Shown here: positions 1 through 12,859 of the stretch, piece after piece
How the letters are laid out: each line of letters begins with the position of its first letter
Position numbering within the stretch: position 1 is the first letter of the stretch
Assembly: GCA_907165135.1 (NCBI GenBank)
Contig: OU015566.1
Span: 9,300,001 to 9,364,000 of the forward strand
DNA: 64,000 bases
Direction of reading: 5' to 3'
Source of the DNA: Oikopleura dioica
Taxonomy: Eukaryota > Animalia > Chordata
Position numbers and translations under genes: made by a program
The notes under the pieces: model-generated
What the model was told of the DNA's origin: nothing
Seen by the model: the letters and a program-made list of their open reading frames with translations, nothing else
Database searches by the model: none

Positions 1-666
1 TATGCAATTACGAGTTACATGATTAAGCTGTATTTTGTTTCAAAACTAAGGCACTTGAATAGACTTACAAATTGGGCTGGATAAAATTAGAGGGTTCTTC
101 ATTTTTTATGGGAAAAATGAGAGCTGAAAAAATGAACTGTTGATGCACCAGATAAAGGTTTCATAAATTAAGGGTATCACTATATAAAACTGAAACATCA
201 AATTCATGATTTCAAGAATTGGTACCTGCAAATCTTCGATGTTTTCTCTATTTCTAGTTCTCTCGTAATATTTTAAGCAATAGAAATTTTAAAATTTGTG
301 TCAGACACGATGTTTGGGCCGGAAAGGGATCAACACCACGTGGTTGAGCTGTCCGCTTTCATGTCAGATTTTAAGGGTGGATTACTCGCCCGTGATCGCT
401 GGGAAAAGGTCTTTTTAGGAAAACGGTTTAACGGTAGTTTTCTAAATAAGAAAATGCGATTTCTAACTCTTCTTTTTCAAACTGTTTTGCTTTGCGGTGA
501 GTGTAATAATGATCATTTGAAAGAGCACAAACAGTCTCACGGTCGTGAAAAGGGCGATAAGAGAATATTAGAGAGACTGGGAGAGAAAGGCTGGAACGGG
601 GCCCGGATTTGGGACACGACAGGATTTCCTTTTTTCATGCTTTCTAAATTGGGATACATTTTTTTA

Positions 667-1034
667 TGGAATTTTGGACATCAAATTTTTGGACATTTTT
701 GCAATTTTAAGGACTTTTCTTGGGACACTTTTCAGAGGTGCCTGTATCAAATTTGGACATTTTCTGCGCCAAAATTTCAAATTTTCTGTTTTTCTGCCAG
801 ATATGAAAATTTTTCTCATCAAAAATCATACTTTTATTTGAGAAAGATAAGATTGAAGCTTGATCTCGTACCCCTAAAACTTTTTGTCTTTCGAAGAAGA
901 ATGATGCAGAGCATGATGGAGATTTTCCTCAAAAATTTTTTAACCGATTTGGATGGGACATTTTTTCGGCAGCGTGTATCAAATTTTTGGACATTTTTAC
1001 GAAAATCTTGGGACAAAAAATGTCCAAAATTCCA
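667..1034. mobile_element. Small MITE-like element with perfect 14-bp TIRs (TGGAATTTTGGACA...TGTCCAAAATTCCA) flanked by TA
   Basis: 664-680 ttatggaattttggaca is the exact reverse complement of 1021-1037 tgtccaaaattccataa. TA lies on both sides, and GGACA(TTTT) subrepeats recur internally. Confidence 0.6.
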
Positions 1035-1592
1035 TAATTAACTGTAATTGGCTATCCGGCTAAGTTTAGCGTTGAGGGAAGGATTGGATTTTTTCACTGT
1101 TTTAAAAATAGGACTTCAAGTCTAAGCACCACAACTTCAAATTCAGCTTTATGAACTAAGAAGCAGATATTATGAAACGAATTAAATTTGAAGCTTTAAA
1201 TAAACCGGAAAGTCAAAATTACGCCAAGTCCAAAACCCCCCTCTTTCCACGTGCGTGTGCCCCAAATTAACGCATGAGCTTGAATCCCATTAAGAAATGG
1301 CATTTCGAAAATTTACTTATCGGTTACAAAGAAAATCCAGTTGTGGGAAAAATAATTGCAGCCTTGGCCAACTCAGCAGACTGGCCGGTGCTATTTTTGC
1401 TAAGGAAATCCTTATCGGTCACTTTTCCGCCGCGGAGAAAACAAACCAAACGCCTCAGATGGAGCACTTGATGAAATTCGGTATCTTTTCAAGCTTGCTG
1501 AAGATTTCGAAGAACACGCCCTTAGTTCAGAAAATTGGCTTAAACTAATGAGCTTATTATAAATGGTTATTTCGTCTTTCTACACTCGTGCT

Positions 1593-4500
1593 TCAAACCA
1601 AATACGGTCTATCAAATTTTGAGGCTCTAAAGTTTTCTTCGCGCTGTTGGATTTCGCGAGAAATATTTCTGAGGTAAGTTTTAGAAAAAAATGAGCGGTA
1701 GCGGCGCTGGAATTTTAGGAAAGCTATTCTGCTCGACCACGTGACGAAATAACGCGGATTCCTTCCCTTTGAGAAAGGACTTGAAGGCTGAATTCTTTCA
1801 GCTCTTACTGTACTTTTTGGCGGAACATGAAGAAATTCTTTTCGGTAATTTTTTAAATAAATTTCGTTTTTGGTGCTGAATTTTTTGAAGCTTTCGCCCA
1901 CATTGCCGAAAAAAGAAAAAACAAAATGTTCAAACAAACCGCAAGACTGATTTTCCACCCATTTTCTGTTCCAACAATCTGACCTGCAATTAAGGGTATC
2001 AAGAATGATAAATGCAGAAATTTCATCAATTTTAAATTTATCCATCTATCGATCCATAATTAAGGGTATCCACGATTAAAAATTGGGCGTTTATCAAACA
2101 TTAACTTTATCATTATGTATACCCTTAATTTAAGGCCTCAAGTAAAAATCTACAGTAGAAAAAAAAACCAACCGCGAAACGAATCTCTATCTAAGATTTT
2201 CTCCGGAAGAGGTTCTGTAAATATTTTTGATAAAAATGAGCAGTTTTGGAAAACTTTAAAAATGAAATTAGAATATTTAGGCTGCAACGTTGTTGATGCG
2301 TAAATATTTTGCTCGTTGAAACCGCTATCGGTTTCGAAGATCATCTTGTCCGATATCTGTCCGGCTCATCGGCGATTTTGGGGAAGATGATGAGCAGATC
2401 TCACGTCATTCTGCATCCATGTTGCTGGGAAGATTTAACCCCTTCTATGCAGTTTTGTTCGAATCTGACAAAACGAGCTTTGAGCCAAAGCTATTTTGGA
2501 TGTCAAAATAGCGAAGCCTGGATCATCATTTATTCGTGGAACGCGTTAAGTAACTGTATCTTCACAAAAAAGGCCATGCAAAGAATTTAACCCTTGCGCG
2601 TAACGTGGGTCATTTTTGAACTCTACACTCATTTGAATTTAAAATTAAGCAGCAGGGGAATCAACGAAGCTCTTTTTTGTTGATATCAAATTCAAATCTA
2701 AGGATTTCCACATCCGCCCCAAATCAAACGTAAGAAAACAGGGGTTACCCTTAAGCTTGTATGCATAAAAATAATACCTTCGTAACAGTTGGCAAATTGG
2801 CGGCGCTCTTCATATTTGCGAGCTTTTCGAGCGCCATTGTCTGCGGCAAAGTCAGTCGAATTTCGTTCTTTTGGACATCTTTTTCGAGCTTCTGCTGCTT
2901 TGATTCAAGCGCGACTGGAATCTTGTCATCCCTCTTTGAGCGGGGCTCGCTCTGCCATCGCTTACGGTTCAACTTTTCCTTTCGCACCGCACTGCGGGCG
3001 CGTTCTCGGCTCTCCACTTTCTGAAAGACAAAACAGTAATTATGTGATTCAATTTCAAGGCTTTCCAAAAAAGATCATTATTCGAAAATTAAAAGAGGCA
3101 TTTTGCTTTCGGTAAAATTTATATTTATTATATTTAGATAAAAACTTTTTTTTCTTCAAGTTGAAATTCGACATTATTTTAATATCCAAGATAAATTCAA
3201 GATATTCGTGTTTTCTTTAGAAATATAGACTATCAAGCTACTTGAAAGTCCTTCTAACGCTAAAACTGAGTTTTAAGCTGGTTCACTTCATCATCATCCT
3301 TCAAAGTTATTTGAGCACTTAGTGGTAAGAGACAACTCTTTTTTTAAAGTCACCAGGAAATCTAATAAGCTCAACCTAACAACCATCAAATGTTTTCCTT
3401 GTTGTCGGGCCGCGAGTTGAGACCTGATCAAAGCGGAAAAGATGGACCAGAGAGAATCCTCTCATAACTGGCATTTTCCGTCACGACCACAAGAACCTTG
3501 GCCCAGAAATAATAATGCCAGGATAAGTACCGTAGGCTGGATCCTTATGCAAATGTTTTTTCGCCTGATTAAAAATGATAAGCTTCAAACTTGTTTCTAA
3601 AAGATACCACCAAAATAGATGTATATCTTTATAAATGAATATTAAGATAGAAGGCTATTCTTACCTTGATTTCATTCTTGACAATCTGCGTTCCCAAAAG
3701 AATATCCTGGCTCTTCGCTCTTCGATTCTTCTTGAGATCGTTCATAAAGCCTCCGTTCATGAGTTTTTCCAATTTCGCCCTCTCTCGTTCCATTCCGCGG
3801 CTCATGCGCCCGCTGGAAGATGATCGAAGAGAAGCCATGGAGGAAGATTTGAGGCGTTGGAGCTTTTCATCTTCGGAGGGCGAAGAGTTCTGGGAAATTG
3901 TTCGGAAAGAGTTGGTGCCGAATGAAGAGGCTGACGTAGTGAGAGCGGTCGATGAGATGCCAGAGTCGTGTGACTTCAATGAGAACTAAATAGAACAAAG
4001 GTTGACATCGAGTCGGGAAATAAATGAGAGCCACAGATATTTACCGGGCTCGGGAAACTGAATTCATGTATCTTGGAAATTCCAAAGTTATAATTTGAAT
4101 TCCACAGGGCCGCGAAATTTATGTAAAATGAAGAAATGCAAATTTGTAAAAAAAAAGTTTCTGAATAAATTTCTGGTAGGAAGGGCATTATTTTCTGGGA
4201 CCATAAAGAAATTATTCATTTGTTAAATTTTTATTTTTCCCGCGGAATGACACTGACGCACTCTTAAAACACTCAATACTAATGTTCCATCTATGAGCCC
4301 TAATAAAAGTTCTTCATAAGCAAATTAAGCGATAAGCATTACTATCCAGAAATGCCCTTATCAGTTAAGGCTTTTTCCTGTCAACTGCATGCATGTTTTA
4401 TGCATTCAGCTTACTCACTCTTTGAATAAAATAGTCACGAGCGCGCCGTTCACACAAAGTTTTAAACGGTTATTGATTCTACAACGCAGTAAACATGAAT

Positions 4501-6237
4501 CGCTTGAATTTCGCCACTGTTCGGCATGTCACTAACTTCTAAGTGCTTTAGAAGAAAAGTTTCTTTTCAACTTTGGTGAAATCGAGCCGGTGGAAAATCT
4601 GGTGATTCTACGAAAAGAAAGATCCTCTAGTAGCGAGGGCGGCTTTTCCAAGGCTGTTACATAAGACAGCGCTATAAGCCCCGCTCGAACTTATCGCCGT
4701 TCCGTTTTGGAGATTACAACTTCTAAAGCTCCGGCAGAGCCAAGACCTGCCCAAACTTGACTTTCTCAGGTACAATTACTGCTGATAGAATTGATAAAAG
4801 ATTCGATGATATGTAAGTGGTAAAAAGCTTCTCTTTTTCAGGATTCCTGAAAATAAATTTGTACTGTCTATCTCAGGGAGTTGTCCAAATGAAAAAATCC
4901 AAATTCTGAAATATCTTTGAAGAGTTATGGTCTCTCCATTTAAAATTCTTTCTTGACTGAAGTCACTCCATATTATCACAAATTTAAGACTTATCGATGT
5001 TATTACCATATCATGTTATAAACATGAGCATCATAAAATTCTTTATGTAGTTTTCAATAACTACTTCTGACGGTCGTGTCTGAAATTTCTGGGTTTCCTT
5101 AGAAGCAAAAATAATAAACCGTTCATTTTTTCCGTAAGAAGCTTATTTCGGCACTTACGCTCGTAACAGAACGTAATTATGTCGCCCTAACTCTTATTCA
5201 TGAGAAGCGTGCCTTAACAAATCCTAAGTTTAGCCGTTGTTTCATCAACTAATTCCGAGCTTGGACGACGTAAATATATTTTAACTCGTATTTACGAAGT
5301 TTGAGTTATGTAGATTTATCCATGTTTGAGGGTGGACATTACAAGATAGCGAAAAAATAAGAGAAAGTTCTATCTCGAGATCTTTTCGTAACTCCTTATC
5401 CTGGCTTGTTTCACGTTATCTTCTTATCAGTCGCTTATCAGTGTAATTATTTTGGGCGAAATTTATTTAATCAGTCCTCGAGCTACAATTTGCATTCAAG
5501 AATGATAAAATCCGACGAAAGAAGTCGAAAAAGTCGAAAATTGCGAGAAAAAAATGGTGGATTCTCGATTCTGGTTGCAAACACGTAAATTGGATTATTC
5601 GCTTTCGGCCCCTTTCTCACGTCTGGCGACTGAGCCCGCGCTCGGGTTAACGTTCTTATCAGTTCCTTAGGTTCGCCCTCGATGCATCCTCTCGTGTATT
5701 AGACTCTAATAATTAGAGAGTCGTGTTCTTTGAGGGGTTTGTTTCTAATCGGAGAAAACAATTCAATTGATGATGAAATGGGAGCTTGATGAATGAGCGC
5801 AAAAAGACCATAAATGGGATTTTTATCGGAAGAATTTATCCCAAAATTAAACATTTCTTTTGAGAAAATAAAAACAAAACACCAATTAGGATCGTAGAAA
5901 TCTCAGATTATAAGTATCCTTTATTATAAGTTAACTTTAAGTTTAGAAGCCACAGATGTAGTGCTTTTATCATAAAAACAAACTGAAAGTCGATGGTAAA
6001 AATAACTTATAATTGTAAATCTACAATGTAGATGATCGCATCCACTAAAGAAGTAAATACCTTTCTGTTGGCAACTTGTCTGGTGGAATTGCCGGAATTG
6101 AACTGGTTGATTTTTTCACGGACTTGGGTCCTCAATGGCGTCTCGGCAACACGTTGTGGTTTTTGTTGCGGCTTGGGCGATTCGAAAATCGCGATTTTCT
6201 GGTTGATCTTTGACCGTGCCCTGGGAGACTGGCTCAT
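1593..6237 (-). CDS. Putative multi-exon orphan gene (Ser/Arg/Lys-rich intracellular protein); exon structure only partly resolved
   Basis: Coding-like segments bounded by splice signals: first exon MSQSPRARSKINQKIAIFESPK...NRK|gtattt (6237-~6061), exon ~3985-3665 (tttag...NEIK|gtaag), exon ~3020-2778 (ttcag...TVTK|gtatt), and terminal segments ~1820-1593. No family recognised, and the pieces may not all belong to one gene. Confidence 0.4.
1994..2124. mobile_element. Tiny TTAA-flanked inverted-repeat element (TTAA|GGGTAT...ATACCC|TTAA), Kolobok-type termini
   Basis: aattaagggtatc occurs at 166-178, 1988-2000 and 2058-2070, with the inverted copy atacccttaatt at 2119-2130. Confidence 0.35.
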
Positions 6238-7240
6238 TGCTTTTTTTCAGGTTTACACTTTGGTGCTTGGTTATGAAATCATAAAAACTGGGAGAGTTCA
6301 GGTGGCTCTACTCGACGCCCTACAAGCCCTACAACTGGCGGAATTAATAAATTCGCGTCGCTGTTTTTTGAAAAACGTCGCTCTAATTATTCTAGCGACA
6401 GCATTCTCAAAGAATAAGAACCAAATGCCCTCATTCTTTCAATAAAGCAAATAAAGTCACCTCATCCGCGCAGATTCTAAAAAAATATCTCTTATTTAGA
6501 AATTCAGGGTATCACTTTGCATTTCGTCTATTATGAAACGAAAGATAAACAACTCTCATCCCCTTAAACCCAAAAAAAAATGGAGGGCTTAAGATTCTCC
6601 CTTGAATCTGAAAGAAGTTGGATTTGAAAACTAAGATAGTTTGAGCATCAACAAATCAGTTTTTAAAAATAAAGAATCGCTTCTTTTGTTTCTAAAAATA
6701 ATCATGCATCTAACTTGTCTTCAGAAAACTGTTTTTATCTTTCTAAATATTAGTCCGAAAAGTGATTCCAAAACAAGCAGTCATTCAGAAAGCCCGTTTT
6801 CTTCTTTGATTTCAACTTTTTTTATCAGTAAAATCGACTGTAGTTCCGCATCTGAATGAACTTTCAGAGAATTTTTGCGGAAGTTCCGGACAAAAAATCT
6901 GTTTCACTTTCCCTTTCGCCGCGATTTTCGTTTATAAACTGGAAGCTCATTTAGCTGGAATATTTATAAATGGCCTTGAGCACCTGGAGCAGCGGGGAGC
7001 TGCATATTCTTCTTATCGCGCTCTTTCACAAGCACCCTGTTTACGTAAAGCCCCTAATCAAGCATTCACTCTCTGGTTTCTCCGTGAGAGTGGCAGTTCT
7101 TTCTTTTTTTTTGTGTCATCTGATTACAGACTAAAGGATTTGCATTTTTGGGCGGGATTGTAAACTGCGGATTTTTGAAATAAAAAGAGACGCAGCAATT
7201 TAAAATTGCCAATTTTGTAACTTCTTGTTTACCAATGGTA

Positions 7241-7988
7241 GTATGGCAAAATGTTTCGGTAAAACTGCCGAAATATGGTGAGCTTATTTTCTGATTAATA
7301 TTTCGGTAACAGCCGAAACTTTTTTCACTTTTTTCCACTGTTTTCACAAAAATATTTCGGCAGGCTACCGAAATCTTTTTCACTTTTAAGGTGGTTTCTA
7401 GCAATAAGATTTCGGCAACAAAAAGGCGCGAAAGATGACAGAAATCAAGGAATCTAAGTTCCCCTGACCACGGGGCTTCGCCCCTTAGGTCCTAAGATAC
7501 CGGGGTCTAGTCTAGGGTTACTTAGGGTTACCTTCAGTAACCCTAACTAACCCTAGCCTATCCCCCTCGGGTAATTTGTTCCGTCATTTTTGCAGGTGCC
7601 CCCTAACCCTAACCTTTATTTTAGCAAAGTACTACGATTTCAATTTTTATCATCGGCTTCCTTCATTTTTGCAAATGAAGAATGGAGCCAGAGATGATCT
7701 TGTGAATATGAGAATAGAAAATAACTCGAGATTTTTGAGGTGAAAATTGATAAGGCACACTCATTGAATGCTTATACCAGCGCAAATCAGGATGAAAAAC
7801 CTGCCGAAACTTTATTGCTCAAAAGACATCAAATTCTGATTTTTGTTTCGGCTCGTACCGAAATATTTTTCCTGAAAACGAGTCTTATTTGTATTATTCT
7901 CTCGGCTGCCTGCCGAAATATTTATCAAATTTGACCCCTTGAAAGTGATTAATATTTCGGTCGCTTTTACCGAAACATTTTTCCATAC
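7241..7988. mobile_element. ~750-bp foldback MITE with modular TIRs and TA flanks
   Basis: gtagtatggcaaaatgtttcggt (7238-7260) is nearly the reverse complement of accgaaacatttttccatactac (7969-7991). Each arm carries four TTTCGG-N6-9-CCGAAA mini-palindrome modules ~50 bp apart, mirrored. TA at 7239-40 and 7989-90. Confidence 0.7.
7472..7614. repeat. Chain of palindromes with telomere-like TTAGGG/CCCTAA units inside the MITE
   Basis: ggggc-ttc-gcccc (7472-84), cttagg-t-cctaag (7484-96), a 20-bp stem ctagggttacttagggttac / gtaaccctaactaaccctag with one mismatch and a 5-nt loop (7512-7556), and (CCCTAA)2 at 7601-7612. Confidence 0.75.
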
Positions 7989-8172
7989 TACGCTTAAAAT
8001 TCCAAAGTCCATTGTTATAAATTTTAAAATCATCAACTAGCCACGTGAAGTAATTTCACTGTCATTTTTTCGATCCTTCCCGATCTTGTCGTAAACTGTC
8101 ACCTGACAAGTGCTGTGGTTTCAACCCAAACTGGGGCTGGCGTTTAACCCTTCTTGTGAATTCAGACTTTTG

Positions 8173-8421
8173 TCATTTTAGTGAAAGAGGTGAAAAAATG
8201 TGTAAACCGTTTCCTTTGCTGGCGTAGAGGATTTGGTCTTCTGGGACATTGATGCTTTCGTCGGAGTAATTCGAAATTTCTGACTCGGAATCGGACGAAG
8301 ACGTGTAATCCGACTCAGACATGCTCATCCATTCAAGCGGAGTCCCATCGAACGCTTCTGTTTCGGAGATCAAGAGTTGCACCTTGACCCCCAACAGATT
8401 TGGGGGGAGTTGTGTCGCCAT
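8173..8421 (-). CDS. Probable first exon of an orphan gene (acidic/Ser-rich N-terminus)
   Basis: ATG-initiated ORF MATQLPPNLL...SESDYTSSSDSESEIS...YASK with coding-like composition; downstream exons unresolved. Confidence 0.3.
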   Translation of the reverse strand: MATQLPPNLLGVKVQLLISETEAFDGTPLEWMSMSESDYTSSSDSESEISNYSDESINVPEDQILYASKGNGLHIFSPLSLK

Positions 8422-8548
8422 CTGTGGCAGCTAAGAACGTTTAGCTATAATTATACTCGCGTCATCTAGCTATTTTAAAGTCGCTATATTATATAGCCTA
8501 TATATAAAACATTTTGATATATAAAGAGACTAAGATAAAGCCGCGCGC

Positions 8549-9776
8549 GGCTAGATGGATAAGTTTTTGGCAGGAAATTTTGGCGAAGTTTTGATGTCAA
8601 AATTCAAAGGACTGTTTTTGATCATCGAGAAGCCGCTTGCGGCTTTGAGTCGAATAAATGGAAGCCGCGCTTACTGCGGCTTCATTCATTGATAGCTCGA
8701 AGCCGCAATTGACTTTTCGATGATTAAAATACAGAAAAAATCCGCTAGAGGTTAGTTCTTGGATTAAAATTTCAAGCAAATCTTTGAGGTCCAAAATTAT
8801 AGCTTTGAATTTTTTGAGCGCCAAAAATAGCTTATTTTTGTATTCAAAATTGTCGGATGTATTTTACAACTATACATTTTCCCAAAAATATGCCCTCATC
8901 GTGTATTTTCCGTCAAAGCCCTTGGGCTAATAATAATTTAACAATTGTGAATTTTCAGCGAAAACTACTATCGTCGAGCTCGTTACACATCACCAAAACA
9001 GACAAATTACGGTAGTGCCGCCCTTAGTAAAAAATGCCACTACGTAGTCCTCAACTTTGTAAGATCTGTTTTCTACAAATACTTTAAATGGATCATGTCT
9101 ACACATCTATTACACAACTTTTTTCATTGCTCGTTTATTTTTGACGAAAGTAATTTCATTTTTTGTTTAACAAGAAATAACGCTTCATAGAATCGCGAGA
9201 TCCAGTTCATTTCGATCAGTTAAATAATTTGATATTAAACATTGAGAAATTGGGAAAATGTTTGAAGAGAATTTCCAAAAGAGCTAGAACAAGTACTTTT
9301 CGCGGAAATGAAATGATCCTTTGTGGTGCGAAAAAGAGGTTTGCGGCTTATAAGAAATCTTTTTCGACTAGAATTTAAAAATTATCAGCAATATTCTAAA
9401 TTAAAAGCCGCAAGCGGCTTTTTCTGTGCGAAAAAACATATTGATAAAAGCTTATTTTGCGCGTAGACTTTTTCGTTTCCACAATGAAATTCTTAATAAA
9501 TTCTAATTTACGTAATACCTTGATTAATTCAACTTGATGCTCGAAATTTAGAAAAAGCACTAAGCTAGAATTTAAAGCCGCGAATTCGGCCACTATGTGA
9601 GTAGCTAACTAAGCGACTTGAGTTGGCCTCCGCTTATTGGGCGACGAAAAACAGTACTTTCTCCTATGTAGAACAAGAGGGCTAGAACGGACATCCTTGA
9701 GATAGGTAGAGTAGTGTTTGCGATAAAGGGTTCGTTTTTCGTATCGCGAAATTATGATGATGTAACGAGCCGCGCT
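8549..9776. repeat. Dispersed AGCCGC/GCGGCT short palindromes (degenerate MITE remnants)
   Basis: agccgcgcgcggct (~8550), agccgcttgcggctt (~8630), aagccgc...gcggctt (~8662), aagccgcaagcggct (~9407, reverse complement of the 8630 copy), plus half-sites at ~8700, 9343, 9576 and 9769. Confidence 0.45.
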
Positions 9777-10803
9777 TTAGAATATAAGCGGTAATTGAAA
9801 ATTTGAGGTTCATATTTCAGAATATATATAATTTCAAGTCCATTAAGATAGCCTATTCATTCGAAATTATCATCATAAAAACGATTCTCAAATAATTTTT
9901 TTTATAAAATTTTCTTACAGTTTCTGTTTTTATTTTTCTCGGGCTAAAGATCCTTCTTTTTCTTTTTCTCTAAAATATCTTCTCAAACAATCTTCTTTAA
10001 AAATTTCTTCGTTTCTTTATCTATTTTCTGCTCTCTGTTAAAATTTCAACGCTGCTCTCTATTTAGAATAACTGTTTTGATCTCGTTTATGTTTTTTAAT
10101 AATCAAAAAGAAAACAAGCAATATACTAGTAATGCAGAAAAAGAACTTCTCTCAGCTTCGTGGTATCAGCACAAATTCAGAGTTTTCATGATTCTCCTCT
10201 GATTGCTCGCGAGCGCCACCGCCGCGGATCTCAGCAAAGGCGCGGCTTCCTGTCCCTCGTGCATAACATTCCAGTACGACGAGAAGCGTAACTTGCCAAC
10301 GGCGAAAATTTGATATCAACGAAGACATGTTATTTCAGCTTTTTTTGTATCTTTTATTTTGCTTCTTTTAGAAAAGAATTTAGCAGAAGTGAAATTTTTA
10401 CGTGAAAGTATACACAAAGAATTTACAAAAGAAGAAAGGTGTTATTTTGCAACTTGAAAAAGGCTAGATTTGTTTCATATTTCTTGTTGGAAAATTGCGA
10501 GGTGAATTGGCGAAAAAGGAGTCGGAAGAACGGAGCTCGAAGTGACGTGAGAACGGCTTCTAAAATAAACACGTGATACGGATCCAGCTGTCAAGCAAGA
10601 CTTGTGGTCGGGTAAGAATAATAAGGGCGCTTTCATGTGATGAACTCAAGATGAAATGGTGGGTATCGTGCGATAGAAAATTAATTGACTAGACGATTTA
10701 ATTGTTGGTTATTTTTAGATTTGTCTGGGAAGACAATTTTCGCTTTCGAAAAAGCCGAGTCAAGTTTATATACCTGGAAAATAATGAACGATATGCATTT
10801 TGC

Positions 10804-11037
10804 CTATTTCTTATTTGTGAGCCTGGCAAAAGAAGTCGGCAATCTCGGCAGGTTAACACTTTCCACAATGGAATTGAGATCAAGCTTGTGCTCTGGCTCC
10901 TTGATCGCCCGGTCGATCTCGCGGAACAACGTCGTTTGCGTCATCAGATAATAAATGACCCCGACTTGAACCGCGATGATGAGAAGGAGGAAGCAAGTCC
11001 AACGTCTTCGGCGGTAGTGGAGGCCTCGGAGAAACAC
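10804..11037 (-). CDS. First exon of a putative type II membrane (Golgi enzyme-like) protein; later exons probably at ~10770-9600, unresolved
   Basis: MFLRGLHYRRRRW followed by the hydrophobic anchor TCFLLLIIAVQVGVIYYL and a stem region is a classic signal-anchor layout. Possible GC donor and ttttccag acceptor downstream. Confidence 0.4.
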   Translation of the reverse strand: MFLRGLHYRRRRWTCFLLLIIAVQVGVIYYLMTQTTLFREIDRAIKEPEHKLDLNSIVESVNLPRLPTSFARLTNKK

Positions 11038-12859
11038 GCGGTAATCTTGCGAGTAGATGGGAAGGTGACTGAATCCTCGACGACCCTGAAAAATTTTTGG
11101 TACTCTTCAATGTCTCCAAATTTGAAAATTTTCTCCAAAAAAATGACGACTTATACTGATCTAAAAGAAAAAGCCGGTCTAATTTGTAGCTGGAATCAAA
11201 GAATTAGATGAAAATAGCGGGTTAATTACTCGTAAACCAATCTAATCGTCGCACCATTTCTGTACAATCGATAACAATTAAGATGATAAAAAACCATTCA
11301 ATTTGCTCAAGGAAATGATTTATTCAAAGGATAATGATTTTCACATTCTGACAGATTCTTTTCAACGCCCCGTTCTGAGCAAATTTATTGTTCGGTCTAA
11401 GAACAAACATGATCTCCTTTGTCCCCTGTTACCGGAAAATTGTGTCATTAGTCCTAAAGCGAGTATAATATTTAATTTTGACATTATTTTTCATCGTTCT
11501 GGGCGTTTTATTAAAATCATAGTGCGAAAAATAAACGATTTTTGGTAATAAGAGCCCTTAAATAAGTTTTTTTTCATTTTATATTTACAAAACTTGTTGC
11601 TTGAGAAATATTTTTATAAAATTTATAACCGGAAGTGAGCTAGTTTATCGATGAAAAGGTTTTTTGATGTTCGCCCTTTTTATTTACGACTTTTGATTTC
11701 CATTTTCTTTGTTCACTTTAGTACCACTTTTTTATCACTTTCACACTCAGTAAAATTTCTCATCACTCACTTTGTCTAGTCTTCCAAGCCTGTTTCCCCA
11801 GATCATTTCTCCTCTCTTTCGTTTCAAAAAGTCAGACACTTCAAAGTGGCGTTTTTATTTGTTTTTTCTTTCTCTCTTTGTTTGAACCCCGATTTTACTC
11901 AGTAGATCTGAGCTCGTTGAAAATTTCGTTCAGATTTTCGCGATACCATTTTTCTCGGTTTCTCGGGCACTTTTTTTTCGATTTTTGATCGATAATTTTT
12001 GAGTTGGGGAAAAAGAGAGAATGAGATCGCGTTTCGATTTGCGCTCTTTACGCATCACTGATGCGGCATCAGCGGCTTTTCTCACAAAATAGTGAGCTAC
12101 AGCGCTCCCTGTACTGTGCGTGTCCCTCATGTGAGCTACTACGCAAAGGGTCAGGTGCCAACACATAGACATACTATTATTTATTGGAGGGTTAAGAATT
12201 GTATATAATTACAAAGTCATGTTAATCGCTTTAATGATTTATATTTTCGTTTTATTCGGTCCGGTAAAAGTTTTACTTTTGATAATAAATTATTTTATAA
12301 CTTAGCTTAATTTCATGGTACCAACTTAAAAATAAATCTTCAGTATAAGAGAAAAAAATGAAGTTTATTCTCAACCTAGAAATATCGAATATCTAGAAAT
12401 ACGTCACTGTATTTGTTCAATAATTAGAATTTTACGGTAAAATTTTTACCTGAATTGGGCAGCAATTTCCAACGCTTATTTCGCTCTCTTTTTCAGTTAA
12501 ATTTGTGATCATCTGACTTAGGATACTTCTGCATTTAATAAAATGAGGAAAAACTAACTAAAGTTTGTCAGATTCGAGCATCTAAAAATTACGAGCAGCT
12601 GTCACCACGTCACAAATAATTATTTTCAAGGGAAACAAAGCAGAAGCATTTTTATGCGGCAATGAAAATAAATTGCTTCGATATTAAAAAGGTTTAAGTT
12701 CGTGAGTTATCCCCGATGATTCTCTAGAATCTCTAGAATAAGCATATTGTTTATGAAATTTTATCATTTCTCGGTCAGTATTGAATCGAAGGAGGTAAAG
12801 GTAAGCACGTTTTTTCTGAAAATTGGGAATAAAGCGGAATTAGATTCGCATCCGTACTC

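Noticed and set aside
298-1041. 247-aa ORF as a gene
   Set aside because: Phe/Lys-rich translation of AT-rich DNA that runs through the 667-1034 MITE; no domain recognised.
7512-7556. Telomere-telomere fusion scar
   Set aside because: Only about two units per side with a 10-nt rather than 6-nt period, and embedded in a MITE.
12300-12340. RFX X-box upstream of HYDIN (tttcatggtaccaac)
   Set aside because: Too many mismatches to the GTTNCCATGGNAAC consensus to support.
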